Shown piece by piece: positions 6,404-15,012 of a DNA stretch of 40,639 bases. Within the stretch, counting starts at the first letter, position 1; each line of letters starts with the position of its first letter. Below the pieces are notes generated by a model. It was not told the DNA's origin, ran no database searches, and saw nothing but the letters and a program-made list of their open reading frames with translations. Origin of the DNA: a virus; IMG/VR virus record IMGVR_UViG_3300012923_000006, positions 1 through 40,639 of that record. One strand, 5' to 3'. The position numbers and the translations under genes were made by a program.

Positions 6404-8194
6404 CTAGTTGGGTACATCTGCCGGAGTCCTGCTCATTTCTATCCACGATGTATTGTCGTAACGAAACGTGATCGAGCGGCTGTTCGCATTGGCTGGATTA
6501 ACCCACGCCGACATCTTGTAAATTGCATTCCACGTCGCAGCTCCCAGCGCGCCACCCGATGTGTTGCGCACAACCACAGTGATCTGCTGGCCTGTGGTCG
6601 GACTCGTGGGCGCGTTAATCGTAAAGGCAGCCGCCGTAGAAGCCGGAACGATGAACGTATCCCCGGAATTCGCGACAATATTGACAGTCGCAAAGCTTGT
6701 CGTAACCTCAACTTTCGCAGTCCCGGAGGCGAATTTGAACACTCTGGAGTTGATATCAATGTCGAATAGATGGCCCGTACCACGCGACCATGCGAAGAAC
6801 GATCCAAGCGTGCCGGAGCTGTTGTCGATGCCGATTCCGGCATCCTTTGTCGAGCCTCCCGATGCGCGAATTACAATTCGACTCTGCACGTCCCATGAAT
6901 TCTCAAACATCACCTGATCTTTGCCGGAGGAGACGCTCCAGAAATCGTATGAGGTGACCGGGATATTGCCGCCACTCCCGAAAGACATATTGCCGGTCTT
7001 ACGTTGGACCAAGAACGGCACGTAATGCCCGATCGTATCTCCTGATACCGGGAGTTTTTCCAATAGATAATTGGAGAGATCTTCATCGGTGAAGTTAGGG
7101 CCTACTTGGGTGCCTTGTCCCAAATTCCAGGCAAAAGACCCATTTATGCCCCAGCCTATCTGTGCCCGGCGATTGTCCAAGGCAGTTCGAGACGGAGCAC
7201 CCGGAGCGGCTAGAATGCCATCACTCTGCAGCCAGATTCCGGGATTCCACGTACCCCGAATCAGTAGTTGATTTCCTTGGTGCTGTCCATAATTGATGAA
7301 GGTTGCTGTAGCGGTAGCAGCTGAAGAAAGCCCACCTGTCCACGTGGCTGTAGTCAGTCCATTCGTATAGGTGACATTGCGCACATCACCATTGGAGAAA
7401 GTTGTCGGCCAAGGCCCGGTAGCCAATGCCCAAATTGCAGTTAAAGTGGCTGATGTAGCCCCTCCACTCAGAGTGGTCGTGAAAGTGACCGTGGCCGTGG
7501 TCTGTGGCGTGAAGTAGAACTGCCGCTCTTGTGCGCCATCGTAAGCTACGGGGTATCCCGCGAAACTGTTGCCTGGACCATAATCCAATACAAGACATGG
7601 TGATAAACAGGAACTGAAATCTGGGAATGTCGTGAAATCGGTGACCTTATATCCGTAGCTGATGTTGGGCGGTACGATAACCACCCCGCCACTCGTCGCG
7701 CCTTCCGCACTGACGACTGATATTGCCACCTGCAGAGCGGCTTTGTTCACCGCATTGGATGCACTCTTAGACGCACCATAGCGGCGAATGTCATATGGAA
7801 TTGTTTCAGCCCAGTAATTAGTTGGCGTCACTCCAGCTAAAATTTCTGCTGGTGTTCGAGGGTAGAGAACCTGCCCGATGAGCTGCTGAGTGAGGGTCGC
7901 AAATGTCAGCCCGGAAATAAGTTGATCAACACTCCAAAACGGGTTCGTCGGCGGATCAGTATCAGTCGCTGGAGCAAGAACGAATTTATACGTCAGGGTC
8001 GGGTCGATCCAAACCTGTGCCTCACCGCGATAGTTCAATACGACTGGATTGGTGTTCGGAGTACCGCCAGTCGAATCCGTATAGGTCGCAATCTTCGTGG
8101 TTGTTCCGGCGATATACGTGAACAATAGCCCGCCAACCAATGGGAAGTTGTTGTTGTCGTAGAAGCGCTGAATCGGTAGAGGCGAAAGGTTCAT
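6404..8194 (-). CDS. Tailspike/tail fibre 2 with a shared N-terminal anchor and a probable pectate-lyase-like beta-helix
   Basis: The N-terminal ~93 aa are paralogous to 8196-9131. YDIRRYGASKSASNAVNKAALQVAI...GGVVIVPPNISYGY resembles the start of a pectate_lyase_3-type depolymerase domain. Confidence 0.7.
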   Translation of the reverse strand: MNLSPLPIQRFYDNNNFPLVGGLLFTYIAGTTTKIATYTDSTGGTPNTNPVVLNYRGEAQVWIDPTLTYKFVLAPATDTDPPTNPFWSVDQLISGLTFATLTQQLIGQVLYPRTPAEILAGVTPTNYWAETIPYDIRRYGASKSASNAVNKAALQVAISVVSAEGATSGGVVIVPPNISYGYKVTDFTTFPDFSSCLSPCLVLDYGPGNSFAGYPVAYDGAQERQFYFTPQTTATVTFTTTLSGGATSATLTAIWALATGPWPTTFSNGDVRNVTYTNGLTTATWTGGLSSAATATATFINYGQHQGNQLLIRGTWNPGIWLQSDGILAAPGAPSRTALDNRRAQIGWGINGSFAWNLGQGTQVGPNFTDEDLSNYLLEKLPVSGDTIGHYVPFLVQRKTGNMSFGSGGNIPVTSYDFWSVSSGKDQVMFENSWDVQSRIVIRASGGSTKDAGIGIDNSSGTLGSFFAWSRGTGHLFDIDINSRVFKFASGTAKVEVTTSFATVNIVANSGDTFIVPASTAAAFTINAPTSPTTGQQITVVVRNTSGGALGAATWNAIYKMSAWVNPANANSRSITFRYDNTSWIEMSRTPADVPN

Positions 8195-8195
8195 A

Positions 8196-9131
8196 TCATC
8201 CCAATGGATAGCTGATGCACCAGCCGGCAGCTAATCCCTTGTTGGCTGCGGCTGTAAAACCGGCCTGATTGTTGTTGATACCGGAACCGAAAGTAATCGT
8301 TCCCGTTCCGGCATTGACTGTGGCCCATCCCCCAATGCTGATGCTGTTATCAGTGAGAACACAGGCCACTGCCGATGCGCCGCTGGCGGGGATGACGGCA
8401 GCCGGAAGTCCCGTCATTGTCATGGCGGTTGAATTGGAAGTTCCGGTCACTGCCGGGGCGCGCAACATGCACAATCGACCGACAATCCAGAAGCTGACTG
8501 TCTGAGTCGGACTGCCGGTCATTCCGGTCAATGTTCCCGTGAAGGTCCCGGACAAAGGAACATTGCCAGTTGCCAAGAGCAAAAACGAACCGCCCTTGAA
8601 CATGATGACAGAGGTTTGATTTGCTTGGAGCTGGCCTGAGGAAAGAGCAGTCCCGTCCTGGTTGGTTATCGCAACCACGCCCAGCGAATTGACATTGATC
8701 GTGCTCGCACCGGAATTCGTATTCGACGGAATCCAGTAGATGACGGTGCCATCGGTGTAACTGGTGAAATTGGCAGTGAAGTTCAAGACATAGGAATTAG
8801 CTACTCCAGTGTCTACACCGCCATAGAGCGTGATCAACTGCGAGCTGACGAGTTGATCTACAGTCCAGATTGGATTCGTGGGAGGATCGGTATCCGTGGA
8901 GGGCGCTAGGACGTATTTGTAGCCGAGGTTCGGCGGAAGCCAGATAGACGCCTCACCGCGGTAGTCCAAAATGGTCGGGTTGGCGTTCGGCGTGAGTCCG
9001 GTCGAATCTGTGAACGTGTTCCGCTTGGTGGTCGTGCCAGCGATATAAGTAAAGAGCTTCCCGCCGACCAGCGGACGGCCATTATTGTCAAGAAACAGCT
9101 GTTTCGGGGCTGGAGATAGGACGGCGGTCAT
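8196..9131 (-). CDS. Tail fibre 1 (shared N-terminal anchor, distinct C-terminal domain)
   Basis: LFLDNNGRPLVGGKLFTYIAGTTTK..TDSTG.TPN.NP is a common phage tail-fibre N-terminal motif. It lies directly upstream of its paralogue. Confidence 0.7.
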   Translation of the reverse strand: MTAVLSPAPKQLFLDNNGRPLVGGKLFTYIAGTTTKRNTFTDSTGLTPNANPTILDYRGEASIWLPPNLGYKYVLAPSTDTDPPTNPIWTVDQLVSSQLITLYGGVDTGVANSYVLNFTANFTSYTDGTVIYWIPSNTNSGASTINVNSLGVVAITNQDGTALSSGQLQANQTSVIMFKGGSFLLLATGNVPLSGTFTGTLTGMTGSPTQTVSFWIVGRLCMLRAPAVTGTSNSTAMTMTGLPAAVIPASGASAVACVLTDNSISIGGWATVNAGTGTITFGSGINNNQAGFTAAANKGLAAGWCISYPLG

Positions 9132-9181
9132 GGAATCCCCGTCTCGGCAGGCATAGACTCGGGATCTCTAAGGAGGGATCT

Positions 9182-9382
9182 ATGGCAATCATCTTTGGCA
9201 TTCTGTGCTTTACGTTGGCAGCTCTTGTATTGCTGACCATCTCGCCGATGGTCTTCGCAATAGCCCTTGTGATCGGCCTGTGTTATGTCGGCTACTGGTG
9301 CTTTACCAAATACAAGGGCTATTCCAGCAGAGCGATCAATGCTCGCATCTCGGAACAGCGCAGGGCCTACGGTTACGACTGA
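9182..9382 (+). CDS. Opposite-strand two-TM membrane protein (66 aa) embedded in the late operon
   Basis: Strong AAGGAGG (9170-9176) lies 5 nt before the ATG. Two hydrophobic helices are followed by a basic tail. Hand-counted GC3 is 68%, against 44% for the overlapping minus ORF 9128-9388. Confidence 0.55.
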   Translation: MAIIFGILCFTLAALVLLTISPMVFAIALVIGLCYVGYWCFTKYKGYSSRAINARISEQRRAYGYD

Positions 9383-9384
9383 TT

Positions 9385-11430
9385 TCATGGCTTCCTGCTC
9401 TTTGGCCTGAGTCCGGCACCAGGCTTCAGAGCTTCGCGTACAAACCTCTTGTCCGACCGCGTCTCGATCTTCTCCCTGGCCAGAGTTCCCAGATCAGCCC
9501 CCGGTAGTACTGCATTGACTCCGCGCTCTGCAACGCCTTTGGCGAGGTTCGCCGCATGGGCCGCAACGGTCGTGTTGCTGTTGTTCACAAACGATCCACG
9601 GGGCTGTGCTTGTGTATACCGAGCAACATTGCCGAGGGTCTGGACTTGTTCCGCTCTATGTGGACCGACGAGCTTATTGAGCTTGGGAGTGAGTTCAGAT
9701 AGCGCGCGGTTGTAGCCTGCCTGAGAGAAATTCCCCTCGTTGGTGTAAAGATTCACCCCAGACTTCGACTTGAGGTAGTTCAGCGCGCCGGCAGTAATCG
9801 TTTCCCCCGCGGTAGGATCCCCCTGTAGTGACTCGCGCATCCGATCGATGTTCGATGACTTCCCTTTCACGACGTACTTGTGAATGAAGTCGTCCGCGAG
9901 CGGGGAGGCTTCGCCCATATCAACCGAATCTTCAGCAACCGCTTTGTATGCCGGATCTGCGCGCAACCGTTCAAACCGTGCTCGAGCAGCTGTTCGAGCT
10001 GCATCGGCAATTGGTTTCAGATTGGCTGATTCGCCCGTCATCGGAAGGGATTCGAGGGATTCGCGCACGATGTTGACAGCCGCCGCTGCGTTTCCATCTC
10101 CGGCCCGATCGGCCTTTCTGGCTTCCGCAGCGAGATTGGTTCGCAGGTTTTCGAATTGCTCGAAGTTCATGGCCACTTCGCCGCTACGGATGGCTTCGAG
10201 GTCTGCAGCTACCTGCGGAGGAACGTAGCGCCCTTTGAAAGCCTTCTTCAGTGCGGTATCGGCTTGAGTGACAAACGCTTGTCCATCGACAGGAAATTCA
10301 CCGCCATTCGCATCTCGGAGGGCCTGATACTTCTGATTGATATCCTCACGAACGGTCTGGTCGTATGCCTTATAGCTATCGATGAGCGTCTGGCCGTTCT
10401 GGATATGGTCATTACCGACAACACTCGGAGTGGCCTCGCGACGGATCTCATCAAGGTTATCGATGAGCTGCTGGTTGAGTTCTTGATAACGCTGAGCGAA
10501 TTCCGGATCTTTCCCGCGCCGATTGTGTTCGTGGGAAATCTGTACCGGATCCTGCGTGGCCATCCCCTCTGTGAGACGCATGGGAATTGGCAAAGAATCA
10601 GCCTCGAGATGGCGATCCAATGCAGCCCGATCTACGCCGCCCTCTCTGGCCTGAGCCCGGACAGCCGCTTGCAATTCTGGACTGGCGGTTTTGAGTTGCG
10701 AAGGTACAGCAGCGGCCGCACCGATCGATTCATGCTCGAGCGGATTGACATCGGGCGTGATGGGCTTTGGGGGAACCTTCCCGCCGACTGCGCGGACGGT
10801 CGCATCTGAAACGGCCTCACCAGCCTCGGCAATTTTGCGCCCGGCAGTTGCGACACCAGATGCGGTGGCTCGGGCTCCAGATGCGACTGCTCCTGGAACC
10901 TGTCGCGCGATTGACAGTGCAGGAGACGCAAATGGCGACAGCCCCATGACTCCACCAGCCGCGCCAGCCGCAGCAGGGGCCTCTCTGAGAAAAGTTTCTG
11001 CTGTCGGACTAACCTTGCCGACTTGTGTAGCCGCCTGATCTGCAGCGCCGCCAATAGCCTTGATCGCCGGGCCGTAAGTCGTTGCAAGATCCTGCTCAGC
11101 AGCTTTGGCACTGTCACTCTGTGGCTGATAGGTCAGATAGTTCTGTACGCGACTTTGGACTTCGGCCGGGTTCACGTCCGCGCCGAAAGCCTTGCCGACT
11201 GCCGCGCCTCCATAGGCGAGACCAGCAGGAATAGAGGCCACGGCTCCAGTCGCCATCTTGTACAGCTCTTCCGCGGCACCGACTGGTGCCATCACAAGCG
11301 AAGGTCTCTTGATTGGTTCCGGAGCCGGTTTCGCCCGTCCCTCGAGCAATGCAATCGCCCGCTGAGATGGTGTCTCTTGCGGTTGGTCCTCTCCATCGCC
11401 AGAGAGCAATGCTAGTGCGGCCTGACTCAC
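9385..11430 (-). CDS. Large virion protein, probable internal/DNA-ejection protein
   Basis: 681 aa with an Ala/Gly-rich N-terminal third and a helical remainder. It occupies the position between smaller internal proteins and the fibres, as in podoviruses. No enzymatic motif seen. Confidence 0.5.
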   Translation of the reverse strand: MSQAALALLSGDGEDQPQETPSQRAIALLEGRAKPAPEPIKRPSLVMAPVGAAEELYKMATGAVASIPAGLAYGGAAVGKAFGADVNPAEVQSRVQNYLTYQPQSDSAKAAEQDLATTYGPAIKAIGGAADQAATQVGKVSPTAETFLREAPAAAGAAGGVMGLSPFASPALSIARQVPGAVASGARATASGVATAGRKIAEAGEAVSDATVRAVGGKVPPKPITPDVNPLEHESIGAAAAVPSQLKTASPELQAAVRAQAREGGVDRAALDRHLEADSLPIPMRLTEGMATQDPVQISHEHNRRGKDPEFAQRYQELNQQLIDNLDEIRREATPSVVGNDHIQNGQTLIDSYKAYDQTVREDINQKYQALRDANGGEFPVDGQAFVTQADTALKKAFKGRYVPPQVAADLEAIRSGEVAMNFEQFENLRTNLAAEARKADRAGDGNAAAAVNIVRESLESLPMTGESANLKPIADAARTAARARFERLRADPAYKAVAEDSVDMGEASPLADDFIHKYVVKGKSSNIDRMRESLQGDPTAGETITAGALNYLKSKSGVNLYTNEGNFSQAGYNRALSELTPKLNKLVGPHRAEQVQTLGNVARYTQAQPRGSFVNNSNTTVAAHAANLAKGVAERGVNAVLPGADLGTLAREKIETRSDKRFVREALKPGAGLRPKSRKP

Positions 11431-12881
11431 GGCAGTTTCCCGGTCTCAGAGAGCGAGTCGAGCGCGGCCATTTTGCGCGCGACTTCCTTCCGGCGCGCGG
11501 GAGTCAGATCGCCCAGAATCGCCCGCTGCTGGGCCTCGTCCCCATCCGCTACAGCGTTCTCAAGCCGGAAAGCGTCGATGTCGAAGTTCTTGGCCCAAGC
11601 GGCTTTGAATTTCGGCAATTGGGTGTAATCCGTATCTCCGCCAGTTCCTACAACCTTGTCCAGTCCTTGGCGGTATTTCTCCAGTCCCGTGTTCGTTGCA
11701 TAGTTGAACTGCGTGACGGCCTTGAGAGCTTTCGCATTGAACTTGGTCGAGCCATTTGCAGCTACTGCGGCAGACAGACGCGCATCGCTCGGCGGCCCTC
11801 CCATTGCGGTCATGTTGCTGATGGCGTTCTTTTCCAGATACTTGCCCAGCTCTTGATAGTTGTCGCCGAACACCTGTCCGCCAATGGGATTATTCTGCAG
11901 CAGCGAGACCAACGGACCCGTATTGGTATCATCAGACATCTTCAGGATGTGCTGGAAGATGTTGCGATTCGATGGGGCTTGATCTGCAGCCGCACGAACG
12001 TTTCCGACTTCCTGCTGGAATGATTCGATGTCATGCTGCTGTCCCGGATAGCTCGGTTGAGAAAACGTAGCCTGTTTGGGCGATGCACTTGGACCAGCAG
12101 GATTGCGACCGCCGCCCACAGGAGTGACAGTGTTCTTCTGTGGATCAAAAGCGAACTGCGCACCCTTCTGGTCGGTCAGGATCTGAACGCCAGGACCCAC
12201 AGTGAGCGGAATGCTATTCGGCGCAGCTCCTGGAGCGGCATTCGGGTTGATGTTGGTGAGATCGGCTCCGGTATTTGAGTACTGCGGCCTTTGCTCCTCA
12301 ATCTGCTTACCAGCCGATTCCGCCTGCAATTGAATGGCTCGAAGCGCATCGGACATCCGGCCTTTCGGCGCTTTCTGCAAAGGACCGGCATAAGCGCTGA
12401 GTACAGGCAGAGCATCCTCTCCATACATCTGCCCGTATTGGAGCATTGCTTGGTTGACTTTCTGCCGGCCCTTGTCGCTGTCTTCTGCGACATCTTTGTC
12501 CGAGCGTAGAGCCCCAACCATGTCGGAGAACGCTGCCCGTTGGTCATTGCGCAGTCCGACGAGTTTCGACTTCGCATCGAGTTGACTGGCTTTTGCAGTG
12601 ACTGCACTCTGTACGACATCCAGATATTTATCTCCGGCAGCCTTCATCAGCTCCGTATCGTTCAGCGAGTTGAGATCAAATGTCCCATCATCGCCAATGT
12701 GCTTATTCCAGTCGTAGGTGGCTAATGCAGAACGCTGGCGTTGCGTCTGTTGAGCGCCCGCGACTTCCGCAGCCTGACCCTGCAGCCCCAATTTCTGATG
12801 CTGGATGGTAAGCAGCTGAGAGAGTTTGCCGAATACATCGGGAGTTTGTGCCCCGAGTCCAACTCCGGTGAATTCTGACAT
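11427..12881 (-). CDS. Virion protein, probable internal/ejection protein
   Basis: 484 aa, Gln/Ala-rich and helical. ATGA overlap with the next gene. Assigned by position only. Confidence 0.45.
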   Translation of the reverse strand: MSEFTGVGLGAQTPDVFGKLSQLLTIQHQKLGLQGQAAEVAGAQQTQRQRSALATYDWNKHIGDDGTFDLNSLNDTELMKAAGDKYLDVVQSAVTAKASQLDAKSKLVGLRNDQRAAFSDMVGALRSDKDVAEDSDKGRQKVNQAMLQYGQMYGEDALPVLSAYAGPLQKAPKGRMSDALRAIQLQAESAGKQIEEQRPQYSNTGADLTNINPNAAPGAAPNSIPLTVGPGVQILTDQKGAQFAFDPQKNTVTPVGGGRNPAGPSASPKQATFSQPSYPGQQHDIESFQQEVGNVRAAADQAPSNRNIFQHILKMSDDTNTGPLVSLLQNNPIGGQVFGDNYQELGKYLEKNAISNMTAMGGPPSDARLSAAVAANGSTKFNAKALKAVTQFNYATNTGLEKYRQGLDKVVGTGGDTDYTQLPKFKAAWAKNFDIDAFRLENAVADGDEAQQRAILGDLTPARRKEVARKMAALDSLSETGKLP

Positions 12882-13528
12882 TAGGCGTGCACCGGTCCCG
12901 TGCTTTCGTTAGGGACAAAGCTGCCGCCCCCGCCTCCACCGCCAAACTGTTTCATCAGCCAATAATTCGTCAACCCATTGCTAGCCGCATTGCCAGCTCC
13001 AACATATCCCGATCCCGCCGCCGTCCCTGCATTGGTAATGGCCTGACCCGCATTACCGGCCAAGGTCGTTCCTTGCGCCCCGACTCCTGCAGCAGAGTTC
13101 TGACCGAGCGTTGCGAGCGACGAGAGCCGCGAGAAGATGTTGCCCTGCTGGGTCTGGTAACGGTTAAACGCATCGTTATAGGCGTTTCCGGCATAGTCCT
13201 GGTTGTATTTCAACAGGTCCTTGAGAGCGGACCCGGAAAGTGCTCCGGAACCTGCGGCAGCACTATTCTGCAGCGCTTGAGTACCTTGCTGAAGATTAAA
13301 TGCATACGCCGGATCGGCATAGTTGTAGAACTGCTGAACGTCAAACGGCTGTGTGAATGATCCATACGCTGGATCGTTCTGATTGCCGTAAGTGCCGGTC
13401 ATTGGATCTGGCGCAGCTGCAGCGGGAGCTGATGAACCGCCTCCCTTACCGCCGTTGACGAGCTTTCCTACGATATCATCGCGCTTGAACGCTTTGACCG
13501 GATTCAGCAGATCAGAGAAGAAGCCCAT
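12881..13528 (-). CDS. Gly/Ala/Asn-rich virion protein, probable internal protein
   Basis: 215 aa of low-complexity sequence with a poly-Gly tract near the C-terminus. Contiguous with its neighbours in the structural module. Confidence 0.45.
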   Translation of the reverse strand: MGFFSDLLNPVKAFKRDDIVGKLVNGGKGGGSSAPAAAAPDPMTGTYGNQNDPAYGSFTQPFDVQQFYNYADPAYAFNLQQGTQALQNSAAAGSGALSGSALKDLLKYNQDYAGNAYNDAFNRYQTQQGNIFSRLSSLATLGQNSAAGVGAQGTTLAGNAGQAITNAGTAAGSGYVGAGNAASNGLTNYWLMKQFGGGGGGGSFVPNESTGPVHA

Positions 13529-13995
13529 CAGACCATTCCCAACATGCGTCCGGCTTGGGTATCACCGTGTGCTGCACGTAACGCGAGAATCTGCCGCAAT
13601 TGCATGTTGCCGCCGTTCGGATCACCTCCTTGACCGCCGGCATACATCTGTTGCGGGCCCATAGCGAGTGTGGGCTGAATTCCACCTCCAGGAGTCGGAC
13701 GCCATGCGCCGCTCGGATCTCCTGCAGGACCGCCGGCAAACATGCGCGTAGTACCCGGGTTGGGTCTCACAGACTGGATGTTTTGATTTGGATTGGGACT
13801 GAGACCCAATAGCGTGTTGAGCCGACCCAAAGCACCATATCCGGATTGAATGTACGGCTGCTGCTGTTGATTCAGCAGATGGAACTGGTCCATGTTCAGG
13901 TTCGCAGCGTTCTTGGCTGCGGATGCCTGCTTGTTGGCGCCGTATATGGATGTGCCGATGCCTACTGCGCCAACGGCCACCGCAATCCATGTCAT
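13528..13995 (-). CDS. Virion protein with an N-terminal TM segment, probable internal protein
   Basis: MTWIAVAVGAVGIGTSIY is a hydrophobic N-terminus. There is an internal duplication (MFAGGPAGDPSG and MYAGGQGGDPNG). ATGA overlap with the HNH stop. Confidence 0.45.
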   Translation of the reverse strand: MTWIAVAVGAVGIGTSIYGANKQASAAKNAANLNMDQFHLLNQQQQPYIQSGYGALGRLNTLLGLSPNPNQNIQSVRPNPGTTRMFAGGPAGDPSGAWRPTPGGGIQPTLAMGPQQMYAGGQGGDPNGGNMQLRQILALRAAHGDTQAGRMLGMV

Positions 13996-14528
13996 TGAAT
14001 TATCTCACATTTCTCTACTACGTGCCCCCATCTTTTACCCGTAGATGCGTAGTAGATCGTGGCTCGGGAGACATCGAATTCACGAGCGAGTGCATTCAGA
14101 TTTTCGCCAGCCGCGACTCGGCGCCGGATATCGCGGACCTTCTCTTCATTCAATTTCGCTTGGCTATGCCGTTCGCCCTTGTTGCACTGAAGACCGAGAC
14201 GAAATGAATGCTTTTGGTTTTCGGAAGGAGTCACGTATTCCAGATTGACAGCCGCGTTATTCCCTTTGTCGCCATCAATGTGATTGACGTGCTGGCCTTC
14301 CGGACGTGGCCCTATGAAGACCTCTGCAACAAGCCTATGAACCGTGAAGCGCTTCTTTACGGGTCCGGTCTGGAGCTCGACGGAGAGATATCCGCGAGAT
14401 TTTGAGAATGCCAATAATCCCGGGAGTCCGGATTTGGCGTAGTTCATCGACATCACGTTCCCTAGGTCGGAAACGGCGTAGATGCCCTCGTAACCTTTAA
14501 TCGATGCCCACTGTTCGTGGCAAGACAT
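13992..14528 (-). CDS. Homing endonuclease, NUMOD4 + HNH_3 + C-terminal HTH
   Basis: EQWASIKGYEGIYAVSDLGNV is a NUMOD4 motif and VNHIDGDKGNNAAVNLEYVTPSENQKH is an HNH motif. ATG 14528 lies 32 nt inside the 3' end of the upstream gene. The segment is visibly more AT-rich than its flanks. Confidence 0.8.
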   Translation of the reverse strand: MSCHEQWASIKGYEGIYAVSDLGNVMSMNYAKSGLPGLLAFSKSRGYLSVELQTGPVKKRFTVHRLVAEVFIGPRPEGQHVNHIDGDKGNNAAVNLEYVTPSENQKHSFRLGLQCNKGERHSQAKLNEEKVRDIRRRVAAGENLNALAREFDVSRATIYYASTGKRWGHVVEKCEIIQ

Positions 14529-15012
14529 GCTCGACCTCATGAGGCTCGGCCTCAATGAGTTCGATGCACGCTCTCGCCAGTGCAGCATCTAACTCGGCAT
14601 AGTCCGGCGCGATAATTTCGCGCTCGATATCTGCGAGATTCGTCGATTCTACAACATGGACCGTTGTCCACCAAGTTTCTTCATGCACATAGAGCGCCCG
14701 TTTCGTGCCGGGTTTAGAGGTGAAAATTACAGGTTGCTGACGTGCATCGATCTGCATTCGCCCGAACTCGGTCACCACAGTCACCAGACCGCGGGACACT
14801 ATATTGACGTGCGCATGCCTGTGTATTTTACCAACTACTAGCGCTCCAGCTGGAAGCTGAATGCCCCTCGCGTACGATCCTGGCGCAAAGGTATGGGTCA
14901 GCGGACAATCGATCTGCTCGAATTCCCGCATACGGGATTCAAGCGCTAGGATTTGCTCCCGCGAAGGTATCAGCACCTGTTCAAGCGCCTTACTTTCAGC
15001 TTCGAAGCTCAC
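14497..15012 (-). CDS. Conserved phage protein, possibly cupin-like
   Basis: FAPGSYARGIQLPAGALVVGKIHRHAHVNIVSRGLVTV resembles a beta-barrel phage family I recall from podovirus structural modules. The function is unknown. Confidence 0.35.
   Translation of the reverse strand: MSFEAESKALEQVLIPSREQILALESRMREFEQIDCPLTHTFAPGSYARGIQLPAGALVVGKIHRHAHVNIVSRGLVTVVTEFGRMQIDARQQPVIFTSKPGTKRALYVHEETWWTTVHVVESTNLADIEREIIAPDYAELDAALARACIELIEAEPHEVEHVLPRTVGID

Noticed and set aside
5986-6417. Long 143-aa form of the lysis-cassette membrane protein, as given in the ORF track.
   Set aside because: The N-terminal 84 aa compete with the plus-strand ORF 6205-6402, which has a better RBS and a slightly higher GC3. 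The long form would also start before the tailspike stop without an SD. It is kept as an alternative only.
9128-9388. Minus-strand 86-aa ORF with ATGA overlaps at both ends, which would keep the late operon continuous.
   Set aside because: Not fully excluded, but hand-counted GC3 is only about 44%, it has many rare codons and it does not read like a protein. The overlapping plus-strand ORF has a consensus RBS, about 68% GC3 and clear TM helices. It is reported as a finding rather than as a feature.
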